The notes under the pieces are model-generated. The model searched no databases. It had not been told where the DNA came from and saw only the letters and a list, made by a program, of their open reading frames with translations. DNA of 64,000 nucleotides from Paraspadella gotoi (Eukaryota; Animalia; Chaetognatha), in NCBI GenBank assembly GCA_051294375.1, contig CM119270.1, positions 14,792,046 to 14,856,045 of the forward strand, read 5' to 3'. The translations under genes and the position numbers were made by a program. Shown here one piece after another: positions 1 through 13,466 of the stretch (the first letter of the stretch is position 1; every line of letters starts with the position of its first letter).

Positions 1-5
1 TCTCT

Positions 6-77
<72 letters not shown>

Positions 78-687
78 CTTCTCTCTCTACTCTCTGTGTC
101 TTTGGATAATCACGACATTCAATTTTCACTGTGGCATGATCACAAATTCATTCATCCATTTAATTGTGAGATTCTAATTCGCAAAGGATTTGTCTTTTCC
201 TTCGCATTGACTTCGCCTTTCATTCCTACCGGTTCATCGTCACGCAAGTTACCTTTTACTTTCTTTCTTCCCTTCCTTTTCTTTTCTTTCTCTGGTCTTT
301 GTCTTGTCTTTTCTCTTTTCCTTCCTATCATCTAATTTCCTAACATTTTCATTCCTTTCTTTTCCATTACTTATTTTTTTCTCTCTATTTTCTTCTCAAC
401 TTATTCAATTTCATTTACTTTCCTTTTTCACCCTTCCTTTCTTCCTTCATTCTTTTCCCAAATACTGATTCCGATTTCCTTATTCTTCTTTCCTCCCTCC
501 CCCCTCGTATTTTTCTTTCCCTTCCTCGCATCTTCATCCTTCACCCGATTTTTCTCGCACTTTTTTTTTCTTTCAAATTTTTTTTCTCCCACCTTCCTCC
601 AACCTCCAACTCTCTCTCCTTTCCTTTCCTCCATCTCTTTTTTTTTATCTTTTCTTTTTCTCGCGACTTTGTTTCCCTTCCTCCAAC

Positions 688-784
688 CTGAGGCGGAGAC
701 GACGTAAACTGCATCGACGACGGCGACGACGACGACGAAGACGACGACGAGAACGACAAGGACGACGACGGCGAAGATCCGCAT
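688..784 (-). CDS. Candidate first exon encoding a signal-peptide-like leader (gene of unknown family)
   Basis: MRIFAVVVLVVLVVVFVVVVAVVDAVYVVSAS then G|gttgga donor; lies about 550 bp downstream of the E-box/CRE/YY1-like block. Caveat: it is built largely of (GTC)n, a common microsatellite in this window. Confidence 0.4.
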
Positions 785-1658
785 CTCGTTGCCCTTTTGT
801 TGAGATTTTAGTTTACTGTTTTTTTTTCTTTTCGTTCTATGTGTTTTCCTTTTTAGAAATTCTTAGTCTTGGATCGGCGATCGTAGGACCTGAAAGAAAA
901 TTAGACTCAGATGAAATTTGGCATTGGGACGTAAAGTTAGGTTGAATAATGCGTCGTCGTCTTCGTCGTTGTCGTCGTCGTCGTTTTCGTTTGAACTATT
1001 TGAGCTTCCGAAATAGTATAATAAAATAATTAACATTTAAAAAATAAGAAATAAGAAAAGCAAAACGTTTAAGATTCCATCTTAACGTCGATGTTTNNNN
1101 NNNNNNNNNNNNNNNNNNNNNGATGTTTAGAAGTGAGGTGGGCTACTGAAAGGGATACGAGAAAATAGGAAAGTGAAAGAGGTAAAGATAGAAAGAGAGG
1201 AGAAGAGAGATGAGAGAGAGAGAGAGAGAGAGGAGAAGAAGAGAGAGAGAGGAGAGAGAGAGAGAGAGACGAGAGAGAGAAGGAGAGGGGTTTTTGCGCC
1301 CTCGAAGAAGAAAAAATAGGCGGAAGCAGCGACCGCGCGGCAGGTCAGGATGACGCCATCCCGCTTGTCGCACTGTACAACGCTGCACGTACATGCCGTG
1401 GACTTTCTGTGCAACGTAACCTGTTCTGACTTGCACGTGAACTTGCCACTAAGAACAGGAACGAAAACCCCGATCCGTAAAAAGAACGTTTTAGCCAACA
1501 TCGTCGAGAACGCGTGAGCTTTTCGGCTCGAGGCGCGGAATATTATCACCGTGACTTGACTCTCTCCTAAAATGTAAGTCCATCCTTTTTAGAAATTAAG
1601 CATTAAACAATACCATCTAATAGGCTGGAGAGAAGTAGAGAGAGAGAGAGGAGAGAGA

Positions 1659-1706
<48 letters not shown>

Positions 1707-2430
1707 GAGAGAGAGAAGAGAAGAGAGAGAGAGAGAATTTAATCCACTGGCTCAGTTGTGGCGTAGCATTATCCACACGGCCTCTTAAAATTCACGGGAT
1801 TTGATTGATTCGAATGAGATCAATCCGAAACTCACTGAAACGTGAGAGGAAATCACAAAAAGTCCAAAGGAAAGCGGGAAACGAAAGAGTGCTCAAAATG
1901 GCGGCGAAAAAAAGAAGAGAATAGAATAGACATTCAGAAGGCGTTGAATATCTTTCCCATATGCTGGGGATATTCATTATGGTTTTGTTGTAAAATTCTG
2001 TCGTATCGGTATAAAAAGGTGATAGACAGAGACGCGGGTCTATTTACACCTCTCCTTCTTATTCACCTCCTCCTTTCAATCCTCCTCCAGGGAATCATAG
2101 ACCTGTTTTTTTTGTTTTTTGTTTTTTTTTTTTGTCAATTTCATTAATAACAAAAAAGCCAAAGAAGAGAAAAAGTGAGAGAAGAAAGGAAAAAAAGAAA
2201 GAAAAAAAAAGAAAAAAAGAAAGAAAAAAAGAAAGAAAGAAAAAAGAAAGAAAGAAAGAAAGAAAGAAAAGAAAGAAAGAAAGAAAGAAGAAAGAAAAGA
2301 AAGAATGAAAGGAAGAAGCCTCCCGTGACAAAGGGTTGTTGAAAATTCTGGCATTATTTTGCAGAGAGGCTCGAGAAGAATTAGTGATGGTTGCCATAAG
2401 AAATCACTGAGGAAAGAAAAGGTGGAGGGG

Positions 2431-2463
<33 letters not shown>

Positions 2464-2771
2464 AGAAGAGAGAGAGAGAGAGAGAGAGAGAAGAGAGAAG
2501 AAGGTGACTCGTTAAAGAAGAGAAAAAGAATAAATGTTAATCTGATTCAGAGTGAGAGAGTCGATCGAGGAGGGAGAGGAAAGTCACGTTTCGCGAGAGT
2601 AGGGAGAGGGGGAGGAGAAAGAGAGAGGGATAGAGAGGTAAATACAAGGCCGTCGACTCACTTTTTTTCTTCTTTTTTATTTCTTTTTTCAATTTTCCGA
2701 GTAAGAAAAAGAAAATTCGTAGAAATTACCCTCTGCGTCTTCGCGGCATCAATCATTACGGCTCTCAATTT

Positions 2772-2829
<58 letters not shown>

Positions 2830-3508
2830 CTCTGTCATGAAAACTAAACTCCACTCTATTTCTCTCTCCATCGGGGGAGAAATTATTCACGCGTTTTTAA
2901 TCGTAATTTCGTTATTTTTTCTCCACCCGAGACGCGCCGATTCCGCCGCCGACTCCGCGCAGACTCGCCGCCGATCTGGCCGGCCGACTCCCCGCAGACT
3001 TTTCGCCGCCGACTCTGCGCCGACCCGCCGCAGACTTCGCCGCCGACTCCGCCGCAGACTTCGCCGCCAGACTCCACCGCATAAAATAAAACTTAATAAA
3101 AAACTCGAACGTCCTCTATAAATAAAAAAAGCATAACACAAACCTCATAAATAAAGTCAATATTATCAATTTAAATATAAACATAAAAAAAATGTATCAT
3201 TCCTCATTTTTTCGTCTCCTTCCAGCGTCACAATCCATTTCCATCTTTCCGACCCCAGGCGGCGCGGTCTCTCTCTGTCTCTCTCTCTCTCTCTCTCTCC
3301 TCTCTCTCTTCTCCTCTCTCTCTCTTTCCTCTTCCGGTGATTGTGACGTTCGGATTTTCCCCTTTGTTCACTCACTTCGTTGAATCCGAGCTGAGACTCG
3401 AAAGCTAAAAAAAAAAATGCAAAGCGCTGAGAGAATCTCCCTAGATCTCCAACACAATTTGACGATTTAGACGCTGAAGGCTTTTTTCTCTCTCCTTTCA
3501 CTGTCTCT

Positions 3509-3550
<42 letters not shown>

Positions 3551-3837
3551 ATCTCTCTCTCATCTCTCATCCCCCTTTTTTGCCCACCCACTTTGTTTCT
3601 ATAAGACAACCCTACTTTCTCAATAAGGATTTAATGACCTTGTTCCTGGCGGGAATATTCGGTCGTCAAACGGTCTCTGTTTCTCTCTCTCTCTCCTCTC
3701 CTCTCTCCTCTCTCTCTCCTTTTTTTTCTCTCTTCCTCCCTTCTCTCCTCTCTTACTCTCTCCCTCGCTCCCTCTTTCCTCTCTCCCTATCACTCTTTAT
3801 TCACATTGATGGAGCTCCGTTTTTTTTTTCATTGACC

Positions 3838-4830
3838 ATTAGGCCGAAAAATTCAGATTTCTCTCTGGATTCTGAAAAAATTCCCGATGATATTATGATA
3901 TTTTCCGGCATATATAATTATAAATTATGCGTTTCAAACATATACTTTCGAGTTGCCATTCTTGTAAGAACACAACTAGTATCATTCAAAACAATGCTGC
4001 TCGATATCAATCACTGACTTGATCAATGATGCCAATTGTTTTCCTCTTATATCGACCTGAAACTCGGTTTTCCTTTGGCTTTTTCTCTTGTGGTTTTTAA
4101 ACGAGACCTAATAAGACCGTAAGCCGATCGAACATACGAACTTAGTCCTTGTTGGATCACTCGGAAAATTAGTGATATGTTATTAAGCCCATTTCTTTGT
4201 TACTGACGGCTACTCTTAAAGGCTGATTTAAAATCATAAGTAATTTGGTGATTTTGAGAACACCCCGCCGTCACACCTGCTTTTTTTTTCAAAGGCGACG
4301 TTTCTTCAGTTTAATTAGAAAAAGAGACTCGCAAGATTTTTCAAGAGAAATTTCGACGCTGAAAAAAAAAAAAGTTTTGCGGATTTTGGATTCAAGATGG
4401 CGACGAAAACTCGTGCGGTTGATGGGAGAGGATTTAGCCGGCAGATGATCGAAACTGGCGAAGAAGAGATGAGATGAGATGATCTGATAGATGTACATGA
4501 ATAATTAAGATGAGATAATTGAGATCGCATGGAAGAGAAGAGAAGACATTAATAGAGAAAAAAAGAAAAAGAAGAAAAACGAAGAGAAAGAGAAGAGAAG
4601 AAAAAAGAAGATGAGAAAGAGATAAGAGAAGAGAAACGACTAAATAGAGAAGTGAGACAATGATAAGTATAAGCGAAAAACAGATGAGTTGAGATGAAGA
4701 AGCAGATTAAACGATATAATATGGATCCTTTAGCTTCCACCTAATGAGGCGATACAAACAAAACAGGAGAGAAAAAATATATGAGGGTCGCTCCCGTTTT
4801 CGACGCTCTTGATAAATGAGAAACTATCAA
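3838..4830 (-). CDS. Cryptic multi-exon gene of unknown family (copy A; also about 19075-20090 and about 27200-28400)
   Basis: Exon-like islands 4276-4138, 4056-3946 and 3871 onward are bounded by cag/gtat and separated by 81- and 74-nt introns. The consensus of copies reads CDGGVFSKSPNYFDFKSAFKSSRQY...ISLIFDDPTRTKF|VDIKRKQLASLIKSVIDIEQHCFLNDTSCVLTRMATRK|NPERNLNF, but only after homopolymer indel corrections. Confidence 0.35.
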
Positions 4831-7800
4831 AAAAAAATGTTCTATCATTAAGAGTGTGACCAAAAGAGGGGAAAGAAGGAATAAGGGAAGATATAAAGGG
4901 AAAAGAAGGGAAAGAAGAATAGTGGGGAATAGTAAAAAAGGAAAAAGAAGAGAAACCGAGAACAAGTGAAAAGAAAGAAGGATTAAGGGAAGATATAAAA
5001 GGAGGATGAGAGAAATGAGAACAAGAAGGGGAAAGTAGAAATGGTGGGAAATAGTAAAAGGAGAAAGAGAGAAATTGAGAACAAGAGAGGGGAAAGAAGG
5101 AATAGTGGGAGATATTAAAAAGGAGAAAGAGAGAAATTGAGAACAAGAGAGGGAAAGAAGAATAGTTGGGAGATATTAAAAGGGAGAAAGAGAAAAATTG
5201 AGAACAAGAGAGGGGAAAGAAGGAATAGTGGGGAGATATTAAAAGGGAGAAAGAGAGAAATGAAAACAAGAGTGGGGAAAAGAAGGAATAATGAGGAATA
5301 GTAAAAGGGAGCAAGAGAGAAATTTGAGCAGAGAAACTGATTTGGAATCGGCTCGATTGACATATCGTTATGGTAATTTAAAGACGACGACTGCAAGAAA
5401 GCCAGACGCCGATGTTTACAGTTTGGATGATGAAACAGGATTGGCGCGGAAGTTTCGGCCCCGGTCTTCGCCAAAACTGAAATTATTTGCTGAATATGTA
5501 ATGTATTATTCCCAAAAATACTATTCTGAACAAACAATTACATAATTTGACCAATCCTGCTCCGCTTTGTTTTGTTGTTACATTGACTTTGACTACGTGG
5601 ACGTGACGATGACGACGTGGACAACGACGACGGTGACAATGAATGACTATACGACGACCGACGCGACGACATTAAAAGAATTTGTGGACGGATAAACTTT
5701 TTGAATTAAGTCATGGATGAAAGTTGGCCAAAGAAAAGAAAAAGAGCGAGGAAATTAGAAAAAAAAAAGGAAAAGAAGGACGAGGCGAGAAATGGGGAAA
5801 GAAAAATGAAAAAAAAAAAATGAAGCGAGAAAGAAAAATTGAAAAAAAGGCGAGAAAACGAGAAAAACTGGAAGAAAATGAAAAGGAACAATAGTAAACT
5901 AATATTTTTAAAATAGGGAAAAAAGAGAGAAAGAGGTAAAGTAAGAGAAAAGAAAGATTAAAATAGGATAAAGGACGAAAGAAGCGAGAGAGAGAGAGAG
6001 GAGAAGAGAGAGAGAGAGAGAGACAAAAAACGGGAAACACGAATAAAACAAGCGAACAATTAGCGAACAAGCAGAAAAAGAGAGAAAAAAACAAACGGAT
6101 TCTTGTGATTTAATTAAAACGAAGGAAAAAACGATTATTCGTCGTCACGGAATAAAAACAAACAAATTGACAATGGAAGATGATATGGAGCAGAGCGATA
6201 AGGAGCAGGCGAAAAGGAGAAGGCGATAAGGAGCAGGCGATACAGAAGCAGTCGATAAGAAGCAGTCGATAAGGAGCAGGCGGCCATCCTCGGGGTTTTT
6301 TTAGCATTAATTTCCTCGTTTACTTTATTTTTTTTTAATTAAAACTCGACGTCGGATTAAAAATAAATTTTTATAATTTTATTACCAAAATCGAAAGTTA
6401 AATCTTTCGATTCAGTCGATCAAAAAACCACATAGAACGCAAACCGCAAAATTGTGGAAAGTATATATATACAAATAATAAACTGAGACTACACCCGAAC
6501 AAAGATACACAATTTGGTGCTTTCTCCATTCTTCTTTATGTTCATATGTTCGGGGTATCCACCGCTTGATGTAGTTCTAGTTCGATTATTTTGTAAAAAA
6601 AAAAAATATTTAAAAAATTTAATCAGGTGATGAAAGAAAAAACAATGACAAAAACAATTATTTCATGTTTTTGTTGTTCGCGACTCCAATTCTTTTTTTT
6701 CCCAGAAAAGTTTTTTTTTTCTGAATAACAACTGAAAATCTATTTTCTCTTTTCTGCTGACTGATGATGCTGATGTCGCGCTGGTTCCATTCCAGAAAAA
6801 AATCTCTCGCAGCCAAACGGCGAAGAGAATTGAAAAAATATAGCTCCATCTTTCTCTCTCTCTCTCTCTTTCTTAAACCTCTTCTCCACCCCTGAATTTA
6901 AAATCCGGCAGGAGATGCAGCCATATTTTTTCATGAATATTCTTCGTTAAAGATAAAAAAAGATTCCGTTTTTCTTTTTGTTTTGTTTTTTTTAAGATAC
7001 CAAAAAGAGGAGAGAGAGGGATTATGAAGAAATAAAAACGGTTAAAATAAATGCATGAATTATACATGATGAGAGATGGAAATAGTAGAGAGAGAGCGAG
7101 AGATAGTGGTTATCGTGAAGAGGGGAGGAAGAAAGTAGGATAAAAGGAACGGGCGTTGATCCCGGGTGCAGAAAAGTTGGTCAACGTGCAATAGCGTGTC
7201 CGATTGGAAAAAGATATGCGAGGGATGAGAGAGGAGCTGGGGGGAGGAGCAGAGGGGGGAAACAGGGTAGGGAGCAAAACAGGCAAATATGTGGGAGTGA
7301 GAATCAGAGCGTGGACGGGATGGAAAAGGATGGCCGGATCTGGAATAGGGGCGCAGGCGAGACTGAGCGTGGCGGGGAAATATTACATATGACGGAATGC
7401 CTGTTTTCTTACGCTGTACATGGAGGTGTAAAAGAAAGTGAAGAGAGAGCGAGAGAGAAAACGCAATACAGAGAGCGAGACGGGAGGCGGAAATGCGGAG
7501 AGAATAAAAGGATTTTGCTTGAATAAAAATCCTGATTAGAGAAACATTTGTGCGTTGTCAAGGCCAAAAGAAGGCGCGAAACCCCGACGCAGTCAGTTGC
7601 GTTGCCGACGCAAGTCAGTAATGACTTGTTGCGGGTTTTTCTCTCATAAAACAAACGCAATACGGGGTTTAAGTAGTCCATTATAATTCCATTTAATAAT
7701 AAAGACGCGATTCCAATTTGACATTATTAAAACGTATATAGACAAACATAGGACAAACGTGAATAGCCGAGGACAAACGCTTAAAATCAAAGAGAATTTA

Positions 7801-8951
7801 ATTATTAATTTCCAATATTTCAAGTATTCACAAAAATATTACCTTAGTTTAAATAAGTTTAAATCTCTTAAATACTACTTTTGACGAATAAGAAGCTAGC
7901 ATTGAGGTTAGGAAAATAAGGAAACTTTAAACCAATAGGAAAAGCAGGAATTATTAAGTCACGATTCTGACTCTAAATATAGGTTCGTTTCCTCGATTCG
8001 AACGGACCAGAGTTAACTCAGATAAAATCATTAAATATCTCTAACAATGACAGTCGACACTGTCGTTAGAAGCTGCGAAAAGCGCTGAAGACTCTGCCAC
8101 TCCAGTTGGCGTCGTCAGATGGTTTCGTCGCCGCCACCGAGCGCCGTAACGAAGAAGTATTAAAATTATTATGTATAACTTATCAACTAGAACATAGTAG
8201 TACTCTGGAGTGAATAAACGGGACTGTGATAGAGTCTTGATTGAAAGCTTGCAGGGACCTGCTATGTAATTATCTTGTAAGAGTGATGGAGGCCTTAAAC
8301 CCACCAAAGCTGTCCAAAGTCAGGGCAAGATAGCTTATTATTAAATGAATGGATAATTTTTATATTGGTTTGTACCAATTTCATATAACAAAAAATATAA
8401 AGATCGTCAAGTTATAATGGAAGAACGTTCAAAATAATTCGAAAAAACAAAAACAAAAATATGAAAAAAAAAATCTTAAATGTTATAACCTTAAAATAAA
8501 AACGTTCAAGATAAAGGTAGTAAGAAAAATTTTCTAATGGATCATTTGACGTATCTCTGTACTTGCGACGTTACATTCGGCCTTTGGCATTTGTTGTAAT
8601 AACAATTCCTACAAATTAACCTAAAAAAGAACTTCTCTCACATTTTAATAAAATTACGAATCGATTTTTCAATAATACTCGGTATTTTTTGTTTTTTTTT
8701 TTTTTCAAACACATCTTCTATATGATATAAAATTTAGTATTTTTTGTAAAAACATCAATATGCAAATAGGATTTTAAGATGAATATCCAATCATTTTGTG
8801 ACATAGACAGCCCGAAAAATGAAAAAAAAAAATATTTTGGCTTAAATGCTTTGTGCCATGTCTGTGGTAAACTAGGGGAGAACAGTTTTAAAAGGAGATT
8901 GGCATGCGGTTGCAGGTTCAGTAGCGTTAGTTCCAGAGGCAGAGCAAACTG

Positions 8952-9160
8952 GACGTCATCCGCTTGTCGCACGTGACTAACGCGTGACTCGCACGTGACA
9001 TGTTCCTGGATTGCACGTGACCTGTTCTTGACTTGCACGTGACTTGCACTAGAACAGGACGAAAACCCCGATCACGTAAAATGAACGTTTTAGCCAAAAT
9101 CGTCGAGAACGCGTGAGCTTTTCGGCTCGAGGCGCGGAATATTAATCACGTGACTTGACT
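8952..9160. promoter_or_regulatory. Homotypic E-box (CACGTGAC) cluster; promoter-like block (other copies about 1315-1560 and 14140-14390)
   Basis: CACGTG at 8970, 8992, 9014, 9036 and 9147, each followed by AC. The copy at 14337-14385 shows the palindrome GGATGACGTCATCC (CRE core) and CTTCCGCCATTTT (ETS/YY1-like). Confidence 0.55.
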
Positions 9161-9254
9161 CTCTCTAAAATGTAAGTCACTCCTTGTTAGAAATTAAGCA
9201 TTAAACAATACNNNNNNNNNNNNNNNNNNNNNNNNNCACTAATAGGCTGAGAGA

Positions 9255-9329
<75 letters not shown>

Positions 9330-9860
9330 GAGAGAGAAGAGAAGAGAGAGAGAGGAATTAATCCACTGGCAGTTGTGGCGTAAGCATTATCCACACGGCC
9401 CTTAAAATTCACGGATTGATTGATTCGAATGAGATCAATCCCGAAACTCACTGAAAACGTGAGAGGAATCACAAAACAAGTCACAAAGAAAGGCGGGAAA
9501 CGAAAGAGTGCATCAAAATGGCGGCGAAAAAAAGAAGAGAATAGAATAGACATTCAGAAGGCGTGATATCTTTCCCATATGCTGGGGATATTCATTATGT
9601 TTTGGTTGTAAAATTCTGTCGCTATTCGGTATAAAAAGGTGATAGAAGAGACGCGGGTTATTAACACCTTCCTTCTTTCACCTCCTCCTTTCAAATCCTC
9701 CTCCCAGGGATCATAGGACCGTTTTTTTTTTTTTTGTTTTTTTTTTTTGTCAATTTCATTAATTAACAAAAAAGCAAAGAAAGAGAAAAAGTGAGAGAAT
9801 GAAGAGCAAAAAAGAAAGAAAAGAAAAGAAAAAAAGAAAGAAAGAAAAGAAAGAAAGAAA

Positions 9861-9904
<44 letters not shown>

Positions 9905-10054
9905 AGAAAAGAAAAGAAAGAATAGAAAGAGAAGCCTCTCGTGACAAAGAGGTTGTTGAAATTCTGGCATTATTTTGCAGAGAGGCCGAGAAGAATTAGT
10001 GATGGTTTGCCATAGAAATCACTGAGGAAAGAAAAGGTGGAGGGGGAGAGAGAG

Positions 10055-10118
<64 letters not shown>

Positions 10119-11193
10119 GGTGACTCGTTAAAGAAGAGAAAAGAAATAATGTTAATCTGATTCAGAGTGAGAGAGTCGATCGAGAAGGGAGAGGAATCTG
10201 TTTCCGAGAGTAGGGAGAGGGGGGAGAAAGAGAGGAGGGATAGAGAGGTCAGAAGTCAGGGGCAAGAATAGCTTATTATTAAATGAATGATAATTTTTAT
10301 ATTGGGTTGTACCAATTCATAAAATTCAGCTCCTGTATTTTGATGCTAGTGCGGAGTACAATAAGTATTCCGATCTAATAACTTAAGGGAGGGGTCTTTT
10401 CATAACAATTGAAACATTCTTTGAATTTATCCACTTCTGTAGGAGAGAGAGGAATTAATCCACTGGCCAGTTGATGGGCGTAGCATTATCCACACGGCCT
10501 CTAAAATTCACGGATTGATTGATTCGAATGAGATCAATCCGAAACTCACTGAAAACGTGAGAGGAATCACAAAAAAAGTCACAAAGGAAAGCGGGAACGA
10601 AAGAGTGCATCAAAATGGCGGCGAAAAAAAGAGAGAATAGAATAGACATTCAGAAGGCGTTGATATCTTTCGCCATATGCTGGGGATATTCATTATGGCT
10701 TTTGTTGTAAAATTCTTGTCGCTATCGGTATAAAAGGTGATAGACAGACGCGGGTCTATTACACCTCTCCTTCTTATTCACCTCCTCTTCATCCTCCTCC
10801 CAGGNNNNNNNNNNNNNNNNNNNNNNNNNNNNNNNNNNNNNNNNNNNNNNNNNNNNNNNNNNNNNNNNNNNNNNNNNNNNNNNNNNNNNNNNNNNNNNNN
10901 NAGAGAGAGAGAGAAGAAAGAGTGACTCGTTAAAGAAGAGAAAGAAATAAATGTTAATCTGATTCAGAGTGAGAGAGTCGATCGAGAGAGGGAGAGAAAG
11001 TCACGTTTCGCGAGAGTAAGGGAAGAGGGGGAGGAGAAAGAGAGGAAGGGATAGAGAGGTAATATACAAGGCCGTCGACTCACTTTTTTTCTTCTTTTTT
11101 ATTTCTTTTTCAATTTTCCGAGTAAGAAAAAGAAATTCGTTAGAAATTACCCTCTGCGTCTTCGCGGCATCAATCATTCGGGCTCTCAATTTT

Positions 11194-11224
<31 letters not shown>

Positions 11225-11708
11225 NNNNNNNNNNNNNNNNNNNNNNNNNNNNNNNNNNNNNNNNNNNNNNNNNNNNNNNNNNNNNNNNNNNNNNNNNNNN
11301 NNNNNNNNNNNNNNNNNNNNNNNNNNNNNNNNNNNNNNNNNNNNNNNNNNNNNNNNNNNNNNNNNNNNNNNNNNNNNNNNNNNNNNNNNNNNNNNNNNNN
11401 NNNNNNNNNNNNNNNNNNNNNNNNNNNNNNNNNNNNNNNNNNNNNNNNNNNNNNNNNNNNNNNNNNNNNNNNNNNNNNNNNNNNNNNNNNNNNNNNNNNN
11501 NNNNNNNNNNNNNNNNNNNNNNNNNNNNNNNNNNNNNNNNNNNNCGAACGTCCTCTATAAATAAAAAAAGCATAACACAAACCTCATAAATAAGTCAATA
11601 GTTATCAATTTAAATATAAACATAAAAAAAATGTATCATTCCTCATTTTTCGTCTCCTTCCAGCGTCACAATCCATTTCCATCTTTCCGACCACCAGGCG
11701 GCGCGGTC

Positions 11709-11765
<57 letters not shown>

Positions 11766-11936
11766 TCGCGGTGATTGTGACGTCGGATGTTTCCCTTTTG
11801 TTTCACTCACTTCGTTGAATCCGCAGCTGAGACTCGAAAGCTAAAAAAAAAAATGCATAAGCGCTGAGAGAATCTCCCTAGATCTCCAACACAATGTTGA
11901 CTGGATTAGACGCTGAGAGGCTTTTTTCTCTCTCCT

Positions 11937-11965
<29 letters not shown>
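8952..11965 (+). repeat. Direct copies of about 1350-2620 (8952-10248) and about 1730-3520 (10441-11965, gapped)
   Basis: Near-identical unique anchors such as aatccactggc, gaatgagatcaatcc and gagaatctccctagatctcc recur in the same order. Confidence 0.9.
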
Positions 11966-11968
<3 letters not shown>

Positions 11969-11969
11969 G

Positions 11970-12893
11970 GAGAGAGAGAGAGTAGAGAGAAGAGAGGAGA
12001 GAGAGAGAGATAACAGAGGACCGTTTGACGACCGAAATATTCCGCCCAGGAACAAGGTCATTAAATCCTTATTGAGAAAGTAGGTTGTCTTATAGAAACA
12101 AAGTGTGTGGACAAAAGGGGGATGGAGATGAGAAGAGAGATGAAGAGAGAGAGAGAGAGAGAGAAGATGAGAGATGAGAGAGAGAGACGTGAAAGGAGAG
12201 AGAAAAAAGCCTCTCAGCGTCTAAATTCAGTCAAATTGTGTTGGAGATCTAGGGAGATTCTCTCAGGCGCTTATGCATTTTTTTTTTTAGCCTTCGAGTC
12301 TCAGCTGCGGATTCAACGAAGTGAGTGAACAAAGGGAAACATCCGAACGTCACAATCCACCCTAGAGAGAAAAAGGAAGAGAGAGAAGGAAGAGAGAGAG
12401 AGAGAGAGAGAGAGAAGGAGAGAGAGAGAGAGAGGAGAGACAGAGAGAGACCGCGCCCCTGGGGTCGGAAAATGGAAATGGATTGTGACGCTGGAAGAGA
12501 CGAATAAATGAGGAATGATACATTTTTTTATGTTTATATTTAAATTGATAATAGTTGACTTATTTATGAGGTTTGTGTTATGCTTTTTTTATTTATAGAG
12601 GACGTTCGATTTTTTATTAAGTTTATTTTCGGCATGGCGGTGGAGTCTCGGGGGTCGCGCGAAGTCTGCGGCGGAGTCGGCGGCGAAGTCTGCGGCGGGT
12701 CGGCGCAGAGTCGGCGGCGAAAAGTCTGCGGGGAGTCGGCCGGCCAGATCGGCGGCGAGTCTGCGCGGAGTCGGCGGCGGAATCGGCGCGTCTCGGGTGG
12801 AGAAAAAATAACGAAATTACGATTAAAAACGCGTGAATAATTTCTCCCCCGATGGAGAGAGAAATAGAGTGGAGTTTAGTTTTCATGACAGAG

Positions 12894-12951
<58 letters not shown>

Positions 12952-13228
12952 AAATTGAGAGCCGTAATGATTGATGCCGCGAAGACGCAGAGGGTAATTT
13001 CTACGAATTTTCTTTTTCTTACTCGGAAAATTGAAAAAAGAAATAAAAAAGAAGAAAAAAAGTGAGTCGACGGCCTTGTATTTACCTCTCTATCCCTCTC
13101 TCTTTCTCCTCCCCCTCTCCCTACTCTCGCGAAACGTGACTTTCCTCTCCCTTCTCGATCGACTCTCTCACTCTGAATCAGATTAACATTTATTTTCTTT
13201 CTCTTCTTTAACGAGTCACCTTTTCTCT

Positions 13229-13260
<32 letters not shown>

Positions 13261-13422
13261 TCTCTCTCTCTCTCTCTTCTCTCTCTCCCCCGTCCACCTT
13301 TTCTTTCCTCAGTGATTTCTTATGGCAACCATCACTAATTCTTCTCGCTCTCTGCAAAATAATGCCAGATTTCAACAACCTCTTTGTCACGGAGGCTCTC
13401 CTTTCTTCTTTCTTTTCTTTCT

Positions 13423-13466
<44 letters not shown>

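Noticed and set aside
2076-2847. Poly-F/S/L and poly-E/R/K ORFs here and throughout the ORF track
   Set aside because: They are translations of (GA)n, (CT)n and (GAAA)n tracts with no domain content.
2925-3080. Arg-rich or Gly/Ser-rich ORFs from the cgccgactccgc repeat
   Set aside because: A short GC-rich degenerate repeat that is open in several frames by composition; no supported exon boundaries.
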